Assembly (NCBI GenBank): GCA_003971905.1 | Contig: RSEE01000078.1 | Location: 1-64,000, forward strand | Source: Moniliella sp. 'wahieum' | Lineage: Eukaryota | Length of the DNA: 64,000 nt | Direction: 5' to 3' | Part shown: piece after piece, positions 52,875 to 64,000 of the stretch | Numbering within the stretch: position 1 is the first letter of the stretch | Layout of the letters: every line of letters begins with the position of its first letter | The notes under the pieces: model-generated | Seen by the model: the letters and a program-made list of their open reading frames with translations, nothing else | Database searches by the model: none | Told to the model about the DNA's origin: nothing | Program-made: the position numbers and the translations under genes

Positions 52875-53756
52875 CCTGCTCCCCTGCTCCCCTCGATTCG
52901 GCTCATTTACTACGGTGGTCCATTACGATTTCATACCTCGCTTCAGATACCTACGTCCCTCATTTCCTACCTATCCTACCTATCCACCCCCCCTCTCTTT
53001 CTTTTTATGCTCCCCGTTCTCACATGTTATCTGCTTTACGGCACCCGCGTCTCACAACCCATGCACACGTGGGTATACCATTTTCTTTTGCACGTTTTCC
53101 CTTCGTCTTCGTCCGTTAATACCGGTTACCCCATACTATCTATGCCCATTTACCCCTTGCATGCCCGTCGACTGCTCTCGTCCTACCTTTCTATGCTTGG
53201 GCCCCTCTCCGTGGGAGGCGGTAGGGGGAAATGATTAGTTGCGTGAAGTAGCTGACCGTCTCGATTGTGCTTCTTGGCCATAGTTAGGAGACCATTTCCA
53301 GCCAATCAACGTAACACCTACTAAAATTGGCCTCCAAGATGGGCAGTCCCTACCAGTGAGTACTCCGTCGCCCACCCTGTCCCTCTAAAGCAACGGCAAT
53401 GTCCACAGCCTCACAACCCCCTATCGCTCTTGCTTGAATGCTATTTGTCTGTGTGGCTTCCACGTACTCTCAACCTAAACCAAGTGCGGGGGGAGAAGCA
53501 TGGCATGTCAAGGACACATGAATAAGGGCAAGGTCCCTGTGGGTAACACAACGGACCTGCTCCAACACCATAGGGGAGATCGAACACTAGAGGCGAGGGA
53601 GCGCGACCAGTGACGACCCAATGCGACTTCTTGCCGTGGGGGCAGAAAGATTTTTTGGGGAGGGAGGATGAGCAGAGCAGAGGGGTGCCGGCGCCTACAG
53701 AAGCAGCCAAGGCCCCCTCCATTCATATGCTCAACACCCAATAACCCAAGGGCAAC

Positions 53757-54269
53757 TTAGTTGGTGATGATGCCCTCGAAGCGCTGGCGGAACCAGGCAG
53801 CGGTCTCCTCCTTCTTGACGCGGTGAGTGTAGCCAACGCGCGCCGTCTTCTGCTTGCGGCGCGCGACGCGCACACCAGGACGGGTAATGACGCAGAAAAA
53901 GTCCAAGCCGAAAATACCAATCGAGGGGTCGTACTTGATGCCCAAGTCAATGTGCTCGTTGATGCCAAAGCCAAAGTTGCCCGTCTCGGAGAAGTTGCGG
54001 CGGGAAAGCTCGTACTCCTTGACCTTGAGACCGCGCTCGAGAATCTCCTCGGCCTTAGGGCCGCGGACCGTCACGTGGGCGGCAATCTTCTCGTTACGAC
54101 GGATACCAAAGCCACGCAGCGTGTAGCGCGCCTTGGACGTCACAGGCGTCTGGCCCGTCAGCTGCTCAAGCACCTTGCAGGCACGCGTCGGGTCACCCGA
54201 TGCACCAACCGAGCAGTTGATGACGAGCTTGTCGATCTTAAGGTCCTTCATGGGGTTGGTGGTGGACAT
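53757..54269 (-). CDS. RPL11: 60S ribosomal protein L11 (uL5)
   Basis: [14 protein letters not shown]...[19 protein letters not shown]...RRNEKIA...[27 protein letters not shown] at 54269; 5'UTR intron 54457-54283. Confidence 0.97.
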   Translation of the reverse strand: MSTTNPMKDLKIDKLVINCSVGASGDPTRACKVLEQLTGQTPVTSKARYTLRGFGIRRNEKIAAHVTVRGPKAEEILERGLKVKEYELSRRNFSETGNFGFGINEHIDLGIKYDPSIGIFGLDFFCVITRPGVRVARRKQKTARVGYTHRVKKEETAAWFRQRFEGIITN

Positions 54270-54676
54270 TTTGGAGAGCTTGCTGCCAAGAATAACAAGG
54301 AGGTTAGCGCACCATCCACGCAAAGCGGAGAGTTGGGCCAGGTGCCCACGTCCACCGGCCTCACCCCACCGCATGCCCATCGCCAAAGCAAAGAATGACG
54401 GTGCGAGCGAAAGCATGGGCATGGGCCGGGAGAGGCCTGCGCGGGAAGGAGACTCACGCGAAGACACGAGGGTGGCGGTCGTGGTCGTTGGGCCGGCAGA
54501 TTGCCAGGCGAAGTGCCCACGCAAAGGATGGGCTCCAAGCATCGCCACTGTAGGGTTGGGTCTGCTGCGGCGCATTATTCACACTGACCGTGTGCGTAGT
54601 AGGGTTGCTCCAGCGCGGCTCTCCTCCGCCCTCTTCTTGTTCCAGCAAAAGCACACAGGGCTAGGTTCAAACGTTC

Positions 54677-54734
54677 AGTGAACGTTGAACAATTTCAAAT
54701 GGCACAGACCATGCATCATGCATCACGCATCACC
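54677..54734. repeat. nnTNAnn arrays inside the RPL11 / EXPERA divergent promoter
   Basis: agTGAac-gtTGAac at 54677-54690 and caTCAtg-caTCAcg-caTCAcc at 54714-54734. Confidence 0.8.
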
Positions 54735-54853
54735 CATGGACGACGCAGTTGCAAGTTTTATTATTGCTCCCCCCCTCGATGCTGATCTGCTGCGCGTCGT
54801 CGCTACCCGCGGGCAGTGGCGCATCGCCTCCTCATCACATCCCCCCGTCCATC

Positions 54854-55478
54854 ATGGCGGTGCCCACGTTGCGGAGCTGGATCGCGCTCTGGTTCTGCGT
54901 GTCGACGGTGATTGTCGCGTGGGACACGGGGTACATCCTGCTGCGCCCGCGCTCCATGCCGGGCGGCGACCTGCACTGGCTCTGGTCGCCGTACAGCAAC
55001 TACGTCGACGTGGATTACACCTACGGTTTCCCCGCGCTGCTCGAACACGACGGGTTCCCCCAGGCCCAGAGTACTGTGTCCCTTCCCTTTCGCGGCTGTG
55101 CTGCCGACGGTGTGTTGACCTGAATTCTTCGCGTGGTGTGCCACAGGTTGGATGAACGTGGCGGAGAGCGTGCTGAACTGGACCTACGTGTACTACGCGT
55201 GGCTCTCCTCCTCGTCCCAGCGCGTGCCCCGGGCCCAAGTGACGGGCTTGGTCGCGGCTTCGCTCACGTGCGCCAAGACGGTGCTGTATTTGCTGAACGA
55301 TGCATTTTGTGGACCCAAAGGGTGGTGCAAAACAGGACAGAACGATTGGCTGACCTGGCTCACGCTCTGGTTCTTGCCCAACACGCCTTGGATTGTCGTG
55401 CCGGGCTTGATCGCCGTGCTACTCGCGGGCGATCTGCTTGCCGAATTGGCGCTGGTTGAAACTAAGACCAAAACCTGA
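54854..55478 (+). CDS. Small multi-pass membrane protein, EXPERA/emopamil-binding-like
   Basis: WF.VS.VIVAWD.GY.LLRPRSM.GG.LHW.W.PY..Y..VD..YG, intron 55071-55146, then NVAE...KTVLY...N..WIVVP; four hydrophobic segments. Confidence 0.75.
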
Positions 55479-55536
55479 TTCGCTCTCTCGCCTGCTAATT
55501 CGACACGGCAAAACGATGGACAAATGGACAGAAATA

Positions 55537-56895
55537 TCATGCTATGCAATGCCGTTTACATGTGAGCCTCATGAGCAGGAGGATGCGAAGGAAAAGGGGA
55601 ATGGGCGTGGGCGTGGGCATGGGCATGGGAGTGGGAGTGGGAGTGGGCATGCGTCGCACTGCAATCAAGAGTCGCAGCGCAGCACGAGCCATCATCCGAC
55701 TGCACAGGCTCGTTGGGGCCGACACAACGCCAGCCAGGAAGGCCGCATGGATGGCGGCGCCATAGGCACCCAGATACTCGGCCTCCGCGGGGACATGAAG
55801 AGGGCAGTTGGGGAACGTGTGCACCAAAAGTTGGTGGACGTGTGGCATGGCACTCGCCCCGCCTAGCAGCACGAGTTCCGTGACTTGGTTGGACTGGGTG
55901 TGGGTGTGGGCAAGGACGTGGTGGACAGGCTTTAGAAGCTGGTGCAACAGTTCTTCGCATGCGGCTTGCATCTCGGTCCGGGTGAGGGTGTAGGTGAAAT
56001 CCATTCCGTGCGCAAGGGAAGGTAGATGGATGGTGGCCGTTTGGTGGGAGTGAGCTGGCACCTGGCCTGGTGGCAAGCCAGACGCAAGCGGCGCTCAGCA
56101 TGCAGATCGGGAGACTGCGGTGCTCCGCTCTGCTGGCAAAAAGCACGCCAACATAAGTCGGTCAACCGTTTGTCCCAATCAAGCCCGCCTAGCATCGTGC
56201 CCGCCGACGCCTGCACCTGAGCACCGTCGGCGGTGCAAGCCAGCAAAGTCACGTCCAGCCATCCGCCTCCCAGGTCGAGGACAAGCGCCGTGCCCGAGCC
56301 ATGGGACCGGCGTCCCATCCCATAGGCAAGCGCGGCCGCCTTGCCATCCTCGATCAACTCCACCTGCGTCAGGCCAGCCAACTGGCATGCGTGTAGTGTC
56401 GCGTCGCGTTGGGCACGAGAGAAGGAGGTGGGAACGGTGACGACAACGTGAGTGGTGCGTCCGCCTAGGTAGCCCTCGGCCGCCTGACGCGTGTGGGTCA
56501 AGAGGATGCTAACAATCTGTTCAGGGGTATAAAATTGGGTCTCGTCACTGTACTGCACCTGGAGCTTGATCTGACTCTGACTTTGCACCAGGGGCATTGG
56601 CCATACGGCGGGCAGCTGGGAGAGCAGGGCAAGAGCGTGGGAGTGAGAGCCGAGGAGACGTTTGGCGTCGCGCGCTGTCTGGCGGACGTTGCGATCCGTG
56701 TCGACGTGGGCGGCGCGCCCGACCAGACGCTCGCCCGAATCAAGAAAAGCGACGCTAGCCGGGGTGGTGAGTTGGCCCCACTCGTTGGGGATGGCCTCGA
56801 CGCGGTCCTCGTGCCAGACGGCAGCACGCACGGCACACGCCAAGGTCGATGCCGATGGCCGTGTTGGCCTGATCCTGGGCGCAGTGGATGCACAT
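55537..56895 (-). CDS. Divergent Hsp70-like protein, nucleotide-binding domain only (possibly a pseudogene)
   Basis: [70 protein letters not shown]. No substrate-binding domain or EEVD follows. Confidence 0.8.
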
Positions 56896-57464
56896 GGCAG
56901 TCGGTGGCAGAGGCCTCTGGGGGGACTTGCGCCGTCCCGCGTCCCCCCGGCGTGGGAAACGAGAGGGTCGCCTGTCGCTTGTCGATCGATTGCCCGACCG
57001 CGCGGCGGTGCAATGGCGGGGAGGATGTGGTGATCGGTGGTTGATGACGGCAGTGTCGATTACATTAGGGATTGCCCGCAGGAGAAGGATCATCGATCAC
57101 GTGACCTGTGGGGCGGCCTGGCTGCGACTCCAGTGGATGGCTGGAGGAGGCCGACGTGGGTACACGACTAGACGATGCCGGCCAGAAAAGCAAGCGAAGC
57201 GGGAGGGGAGGATGCCATCGGGGATCTCTGGTGCTCACGATGCTCCCAGCGCACATGTCCCAGCTGCCATGGCATCCGCCGACACCACACCGACGGCAGT
57301 GGCCACGCGTGTCGCAGTTTGGCTGACGGAACCAGTGAGCGAGCGCCAGCGGGAGCGGTGACTGGCGGACGGCGCCCCCGGGGCGGCCAGCTCGCTCGCT
57401 CCAGACGTTTGAGCGAAGGCAGCCGAACGTCCAACCTGGGTGCGTTGGAATATCTGCCTCAGCA

Positions 57465-57498
57465 CATCAGCAACATCAGCAACATCAGCAACATCAGC
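57465..57498 (+). repeat. 9-bp tandem repeat (caTCAgc-aa)x4
   Basis: Seen directly; lies between the two Hsp70 genes. Confidence 0.85.
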
Positions 57499-57770
57499 AC
57501 AACGGCACTCAGTTGAGTGAGTACCCATCCGCTGGCTCTCTCAGCCTCGCGCTGTATCTTCTTCTCTGTCAGCCGCTACGATTTCAGCCTAAAAAATTTG
57601 GCCCGAGAGAGCGCTGTCGGCGTCGACTGAGGACAGCTGGCCGCCGCCACGCGGTGCGTGTCCCTCCCTATTCCAGCAGCAACCAGGGGCCACCACGGAT
57701 GTGTGCATTCGCTCTCTTCCAGTCATCGATCGATCAATCCTATGAATATGACCCGTCAGCCAGCGATCGA

Positions 57771-57777
57771 TATAAAA
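57771..57777 (+). promoter_or_regulatory. TATA box of Hsp70
   Basis: TATAAAA 140 bp upstream of the ATG, followed by a CT-rich leader. Confidence 0.6.
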
Positions 57778-57910
57778 AAGAAAGCGTGGGTTGCCATTCG
57801 CCATCCCTGTCCTCCTCCCCTTCTTCCCTCCGACCCTTCCCCAACTCTTGCATCCTACATCCTACCTCCCTTTACTTTTCCCCGCCTTTTCCTTCTCTTC
57901 CCAACGCACC

Positions 57911-59825
57911 ATGACCAAAGCGATCGGGATCGACCTGGGCACAACCTACTCCTGTGTTGCCGTCTGGCAAAACGACCGGGTTGAGGTGATTGCCAACGAC
58001 CAGGGCAACCGTACCACCCCGTCATACGTTGCCTTTACCGATTCGGAGCGGCTGATTGGGGATGCAGCCAAGAACCAGACGGCGATGAACCCGCACAACA
58101 CGGTGTTTGACGCCAAGCGGCTGATTGGGCGCAAATTTTCCGATCCCGAGGTGCAGTCCGACCGGAAGCATTGGCCGTTCAAGGTGATCGAGGTGGCCAG
58201 TAAGCCGGTGCTCCAAGTCGAGTACAAGGGCGAAACCAAAACGTTTACCCCGGAGGAAATTTCGTCCATGGTGTTGCTCAAGATGCGCGAGACGGCCGAG
58301 TCGTATTTGGGCGGGACGGTCAAGGATGGCGTGGTGACCGTGCCAGCGTATTTCAACGACTCGCAGCGACAGGCCACCAAGGATGCCGGTGTGATTGCCG
58401 GGTTGAACGTGATGCGGATTATCAATGAGCCGACGGCGGCGGCGATTGCGTATGGACTGGACAAGAAGGCCGAGGGGAGCGCAACGTGCTCATCTTTGAT
58501 TTGGGTGGGGGCACGTTTGATGTCGCTGTTGACGATTGAGGAGGGCATTTTTGAAGTCAAGGCCACTGCCGGCGACACCCACTTGGGTGGAGAAGACTTT
58601 GACAATCGCCTGGTCAACCACTTTGTCCAAGAGTTTAAGCGCAAAAACAAAAAGGACATTACTTCCAATGCGCGTGCGCTGCGTCGGCTGCGTACGGCGT
58701 GCGAACGCGCCAAGCGCACCCTCTCCTCGGCGGCGCAGACCACCCTCGAGATCGATTCGCTGTACGAAGGCATCGACTTTTACACCTCCATTACGCGTGC
58801 GCGGTTTGAGGAGCTGTGTGTGCGACCTGTTTGGCCACACCATCGATCCCGTCGAGAAGGTGCTGCGCGACGCCAAGTGTGACAAGGGCCAGGTCAACGA
58901 GATTGTGCTGGTCGGGGGCTCGACACGCATCCCGCGCGTGCAAAAGTTGTTGTCGGACTTTTTCTATGGACGCGAGCTCAACAAGTCGATCAACCCAGAT
59001 GAGGCAGTGGCGTATGGCGCGGCAGTCCAGGCGGCCATCTTGTCGGGCGACACGTCGGAGAAGACGCAGGACCTGCTGTTGCTGGATGTTGCGCCTCTAT
59101 CCATGGGCATCGAGACGGCCGGCGGGGTGTTTACGCCGCTGATCAAGCGCAACACGACCGTTCCCACCAAGAAATCCGAAACGTTCTCGACGTATGCCGA
59201 CAACCAGCCGGGGGTGTTGATCCAGGTGTACGAAGGGGAGCGGGCGCGGACCAAAGACAACAACTTGCTGGGTAAGTTTGAGTTGTCTGGCATTCCGCCT
59301 GCGCCGCGCGGCGTGCCGCAGATTGAGGTGACGTTTGATGTGGATGCCAACTCGATCCTCAACGTCTCGGCCGCCGACAAGTCGTCGGGCAAATTGCAAA
59401 AGATCACCATTACCAATGACAAAGGCCGCCTGTCGAAAGAGGACATTGAGCGTATGGTCTCGGATGCCGAGAAGTACAAGGCCGAAGACGAGGCGGCGGC
59501 CGCTCGGATCAGCGCAAAGAACGGGCTGGAGTCGTATGCGTACAACCTACGCAACTCGCTCAACGAGCAGGGTGTATCCGACAAGCTCGACGCTGCCGAC
59601 AAGGAGAAGCTGGACAAGGCCATCAAGGAGACGATTGAGTGGCTGGACAATTCCCAAGAGGCGGCCAAGGACGAGTACGAAGACAAACAGAAGGAGCTCG
59701 AAGCGCTGGCCAACCCCATCATGCAGAAGCTGTATGGCGCCGGGGGGGCTCCGGGAGGCGAGGCACCCGGTGCCACTCCTGGTGGCGGTGGCAACGACGG
59801 CCCGTCAGTAGAGGAGGTGGACTAA
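57911..59825 (+). CDS. HSP70: Cytosolic Hsp70 (SSA type)
   Basis: [41 protein letters not shown], the substrate-binding domain and C-terminal GPSVEEVD*. Intronless; frameshifts near 58480-58520 and 58820. Confidence 0.98.
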
Positions 59826-61507
59826 CCCTTTCAAGGAGCCCCACTTCCACACAACCAATTGGATGACCTTTTTCTCTTCGGCACTGCAGCGTTACTGTCA
59901 TGGGGCGGCCCCGAGACTATAATGAGCCCGACCGAAGAATTATTTAGAAGTGATCCATGGAAACCGTTGGACAACTAGGACTCAAGAGTTCACATACGGT
60001 ACGTCCGGCTTTAGATGCTGGTCGAGCGCTGAGAGGCTGAACGCGCTGAGCCGTTGAGCCCGAGCAGGGATAGAGCCAACTTGAAGGGCGAGACCCTCTA
60101 GTTTCGGTGGCAGTAAGACCGCAGCTCTCAGACCTTCCGAGCTACATCAGGAGTAGAGCGTACGAAGGTCGTCAGGCCCTCTGAAGGGTGCAGGTACTCT
60201 GAGGTAACCGGTACCATGGGTTAACTAGTTATTACCGCACGACGTGCTGTATAGGCGGAATCCATCATTGGAGTGCTAATGAAGAAACAAAAGCGCTCTT
60301 GTGAGGGTAACCGCGTTTGCAGTATAATGGTCGACGTAACTAGTCGTGAATTCCACGGCGTATCTTCAAGGTGAAGGAGTCAAGGATGAGGGCGGAGTTC
60401 CGTGTTGAGAACAATAAGGGTGGAAAAAGGGAAAAAGACTTACAGTATGTTAGTGTTGAGCCAACAGGTGGCTCGTGCTTTGGCCAATGTCCCTTCAGTT
60501 CCTCCTCAGGCCTAGGAGTTCCGTTGTTTTCTCTCCTGTTTTTCCCTTGTTCCGCAGCTTAGCCCCTGGTGGCGACTCGCTGCTTGATGTTCCTCGGTAG
60601 GCGTTGCTGGTTGGCTTAGACCACCACCACCACTAGTGCGATTGCATCTCCCTCGAGGACCACCTGGACTCCAGGTCTCATCAGTTAGTAGTAGCCTAAA
60701 GGACCAAGCGTGGCCTGTTCTGGCAAGGCCGCGCGTCCGGTGGGCCGCAGCAGGTGAATAAGGGTTCTGCCAAGATTGGGCGTAGCATCAGTACCGAAGC
60801 TTGTCGTAGAACTGCGAATAAGTTAGGTCCCGCTTGGCCCTATATGCGGAACGTATTCGCGGCATGTACAAGTCGCCTATTATACGGTGGCGCTCGTTCA
60901 CTAGTCTCGCGCAGCTGCTGCGTGTACGTCTCCCATTACCACAGAGGTATACCGTCACAAGCACAGAGAGAGGGAAGGCGGTCGGGGGCATCCATTGTAT
61001 ACACATTCACAGCACAATGGGATACAACAGTGTTGGGAGGCGGGGGGGGGAGGAAGAAGGATCCACCTTGGCACCCAAGAAACCACAAATCTGCCCATTA
61101 TATAATAGGAAGCGAATACCGCATAAGGAGAATGAGAATTGCCATATGGAGAGAAGCAAAGCACCGACTCTGTTTGTATTGGACAAGGGGGCATGGGAAA
61201 GGGGTGGGGAGAAAAGAGAGATGGTAAGATGCATGTGCAGGGGGGGGAGGGGGGGGGATACGGTAAAAGATAAGGAGACTCCCCAAAAAGAGATTGATTG
61301 ACCGCTATATACTGGATATATGCGCGCGGCCAGCAACGAAGAGGAAGGGGGAGCATACGTCCCGATCAGCCCACAAGTCTTGTCTCTCTGTGTCCCCTTG
61401 GGTCCCATGCAGACGTATGCTTTGAGGATGGGCAGAGGAAAGCAAGGTACAACAGTGCCATAGGAAGAAACGATGAGGTATCCGTGCTTCTGTGCCGCGA
61501 GAAAAGC

Positions 61508-63538
61508 CTACGGCAGCAAGTCCTTCGGTCGGGGCCGGTATGGGGGCGGGAGGTGTACAAACGCGGCCGAGTATAGGACAGTGCGGTGCGTGGCGGCGGC
61601 ACGCATCGGGTATGGGTTTTGCGGCGGGAATGTGGCGCGGGTAGCCCCACGCTCACCGATCGTTGGCGCTCTTTGGTTCGGACATGAGCGGCGGAGCGCC
61701 GTGGCGATCAGGCGCGGGGGGCAGGCACGTAGAGGGTTGGATGTGCGGGCGGCGTGGGTGCGTTGGTGCTGCTTGAGGTTGTCTTGGCGACTGAATGTGC
61801 GGTGGCAGCCACGCACAGGGCACGGGAATGCTTTGGCAAACGGAGTCAGCATTATGGTGGAGGGAAGCACAGCCAATTAAAGTGTCAGCCGACGCTCTGG
61901 AAGAGAGGAGGGAGGGGGAAGGGGGAGCACATACGTTTTTCCTTCATGTGCACGCAGCGCACGTGGCGCTTGACATGTTCGGAGCGGCGAAACTGTTTTT
62001 GGCTGTTGGCGCAGCCAGCTACGAGACAGACATAGTGGCCCGTTGGCCGGTGTCCCGTGTACGCGACATAAGCCGCACACGCTGCTGCAGACGTGCTGGC
62101 GCGGCTCTTTTTGCTCCGTCGTACAGCCAGCGGACGCAGTTCCCGTCCGTCGCACTCTGCTTTCTTGGGGAGTACCGGATCCCCCAGCACGCTGGCAATA
62201 GTATTGGTGGATGTAGAGAGGCTCGGCGTGCTAGGCGTGCCGATGAGAGGGGCGCGTGTTGGGTCGCGCTTGTCGTCCGAGGCAGGGAGCGAATCTTGGG
62301 CGGTCGAAGGGGCCGATGGATGGCCCTCTGCCGAGTCCGTACCTGAAAGCCACATGGTGGGGGGGAAAGTGGAGTGGATGGGATATGGATGGGAGGATGA
62401 GGACGTGTGTTGTGCAAGGCAAGAGTTTCCATTCCCTGCCTTGCTACTGTCATTCCGGTGCAAATCCGAGTCACCCTCCTCGGACCCCCTGATTCGGCGA
62501 CGTGCTGGAAGCCACCGACGAAGGCGCCAGGGGGGGGAAACTTTCGTTGGTAGCCATGCTGGAGAAGGGCCGTGGGGACAAGGTGGAGGTGCGACCGGAC
62601 CCCCAGAGGAGGCTATCGACACTGACGCCGGCGTTGGGTACGGCTGATCCCGGGGTGAGAACCAGGCCGGAAACGGATTGGTATGTTGAGCGGTTAAGTT
62701 AGCACCATAGAGGGCGGGAAAGCTGAAGAGGTGGCCGTGCCATCGTGCAAGTACGAACCGACCTGGTTGCAAGAGGAGGTCCAGAAAGGAGCAACCAGAG
62801 GGGAGGGTTCGAATGGGGGTTGTGGTGGGCACCATTCGGAACTTGACAAGGAGACGGACCGTTGTTTTAATAAGGCAGTTGGCCGGATGGATTTGGGCTG
62901 AGCATCCCATGACGTGGTTGCCATGCCCTCAAAGCCAAAGCTACTATGAGAAGGACGGGTGGTGGATGTGCCCCATGCCGGAGAGCGGAAGCGATGAAGA
63001 TGAATTGGGGCTGGACTGGGTCAAGAGGAGCGATTGGATCGAAGCACCGGGTCCAACAACGGGATGATATGTTGCTTGATGGGGATCGACCAGCACTTGC
63101 GACGGTCTGAAAAAAGAGTTGGACGGGTTCAACGAGCCGGGCAGGGACAATGAGCGGGACATGCAGGCCATGGGGTGTGCCAATTCGTGGGGAGAAAGAG
63201 GCAGGCTCCATATGGGAGCCCATCGGAGCAGGAGTGCAAGTGGCATCGGGCAAAGCCTCTGCTGGTGTTGGGGCTCGAGTCGACGGGGATGGAGTCCGTC
63301 TTGGAAGCAAATGGGGACGGAGCGGATGGTTGGGCTGGGGGCGCGTGGCTGATGGAGGAGGAGGGGGACGGAAGCGGGGTGGAGGCAGCAGTGGGGGTGC
63401 CCATCGCAGCGCCCTCCCCGGCTGCTTCTGAAGCGGCCTTCTGCGGTGGGGACAGGCAAGAGGCGAGGGGCGAGAGCCGGGGCGAGGCGCGGGGGAGCTG
63501 CTGCTGCGCTTGGGGCGAGTGAGCGGCATGAGTGCCAT
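61508..63538 (-). CDS. Two-finger C2H2 transcription factor, Msn2/Seb1-like
   Basis: CLVAGC...FRRSEHVKRHVRCVHMKEK|PFPCPVRGCHRTFSRQDNLKQHQRTH, joined by intron 61934-61831. Long low-complexity N-terminus; ends approximate. Confidence 0.85.
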
Positions 63539-64000
63539 GGATGGGGTGGTGGTGGGGGCGCGCAAGAAGCGGAGGATATCGGGAGCAGCGACCAACACGT
63601 TCTCGCCAGCACCCTCCTCGGTCGTGCCAGCAGAGGAGCGGCGGCGATATATACGGTGTGTTGCGGAGACTATAATGCGGCCACTCCGAAGGCAGCACAC
63701 TCCACTGCCGGGCGCGGGGGGCACGCACAGCAAGGGAGGGTTTGTACGCCGGCCCGGGCTGCTCCGGAGCGCACGGCGGCGCACGCCGTGGTGCCTGGGC
63801 GCCGAGCGCCGGCGGGGCAGCGCGTGGGCTGCGTGGGCGGTGTGGGCGGCATCGCCTCTGCTGGCCAGTGGGCTGCTGCTGCCCCCCCGCGCACAGCACA
63901 CAGCCGACGCTGTCCTGCGCCCTTCGTCCGCCGCGCCTCGTCGACACGCTTCGGACAGCCTGGTCGCCCAGCGGCCCTCCAGCCGCCCTCTGACAAGCCA

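Noticed and set aside
54185..54215. RPL11 GASGDPTRA versus the canonical GESGDRLTRA
   Set aside because: A net 3-nt loss in an error-rich assembly is more likely a consensus error than a real change.
57465..57498. (caTCAgc-aa)x4 as a footprint array
   Set aside because: It has a TCA-centred heptamer, but the 'aa' insert is not palindromic to either end. Left as an ordinary 9-bp tandem repeat.
57946..59794. Long antisense ORFs over Hsp70, and similar shadow ORFs at 32114-33539, 37653-38579 and 40705-41654
   Set aside because: Expected shadows of GC-rich codon usage; no domains recognised.

Overview
Eukaryotic, GC-rich, intron-poor fungal sequence, most likely a basidiomycete of the smut/Ustilaginomycotina type (inferred from short GT-AG introns with CTRAC branch sites and the protein families present). 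Single-base indels break almost every gene, including essential ones, so I treat the frameshifts as assembly errors and the gene ends as approximate. About 13 protein genes are recognisable: a bHLH factor, nitronate monooxygenase, ARP6, RTP1/Tango6, a Myb/SANT-like protein, a GAS2-domain protein, long-chain acyl-CoA synthetase, PP2A catalytic subunit, SSK2 MAPKKK, RPL11, an EXPERA-like membrane protein, cytosolic Hsp70 and an Msn2/Seb1-like C2H2 factor. There is also a divergent Hsp70 copy with only the ATPase domain, and a three-copy dispersed repeat. The most striking signal is non-coding. Intergenic and promoter DNA carries roughly 50 or more (counted by eye) short tandem arrays of 7-bp units nnTNAnn. 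The outer bases vary freely from site to site, but the junctions between units are almost always short inverted (palindromic) copies of the adjoining flank. This fits repeated insertion and excision footprints of a hairpin-forming cut-and-paste system with a 7-bp target duplication. I could not find the responsible enzyme in this window.
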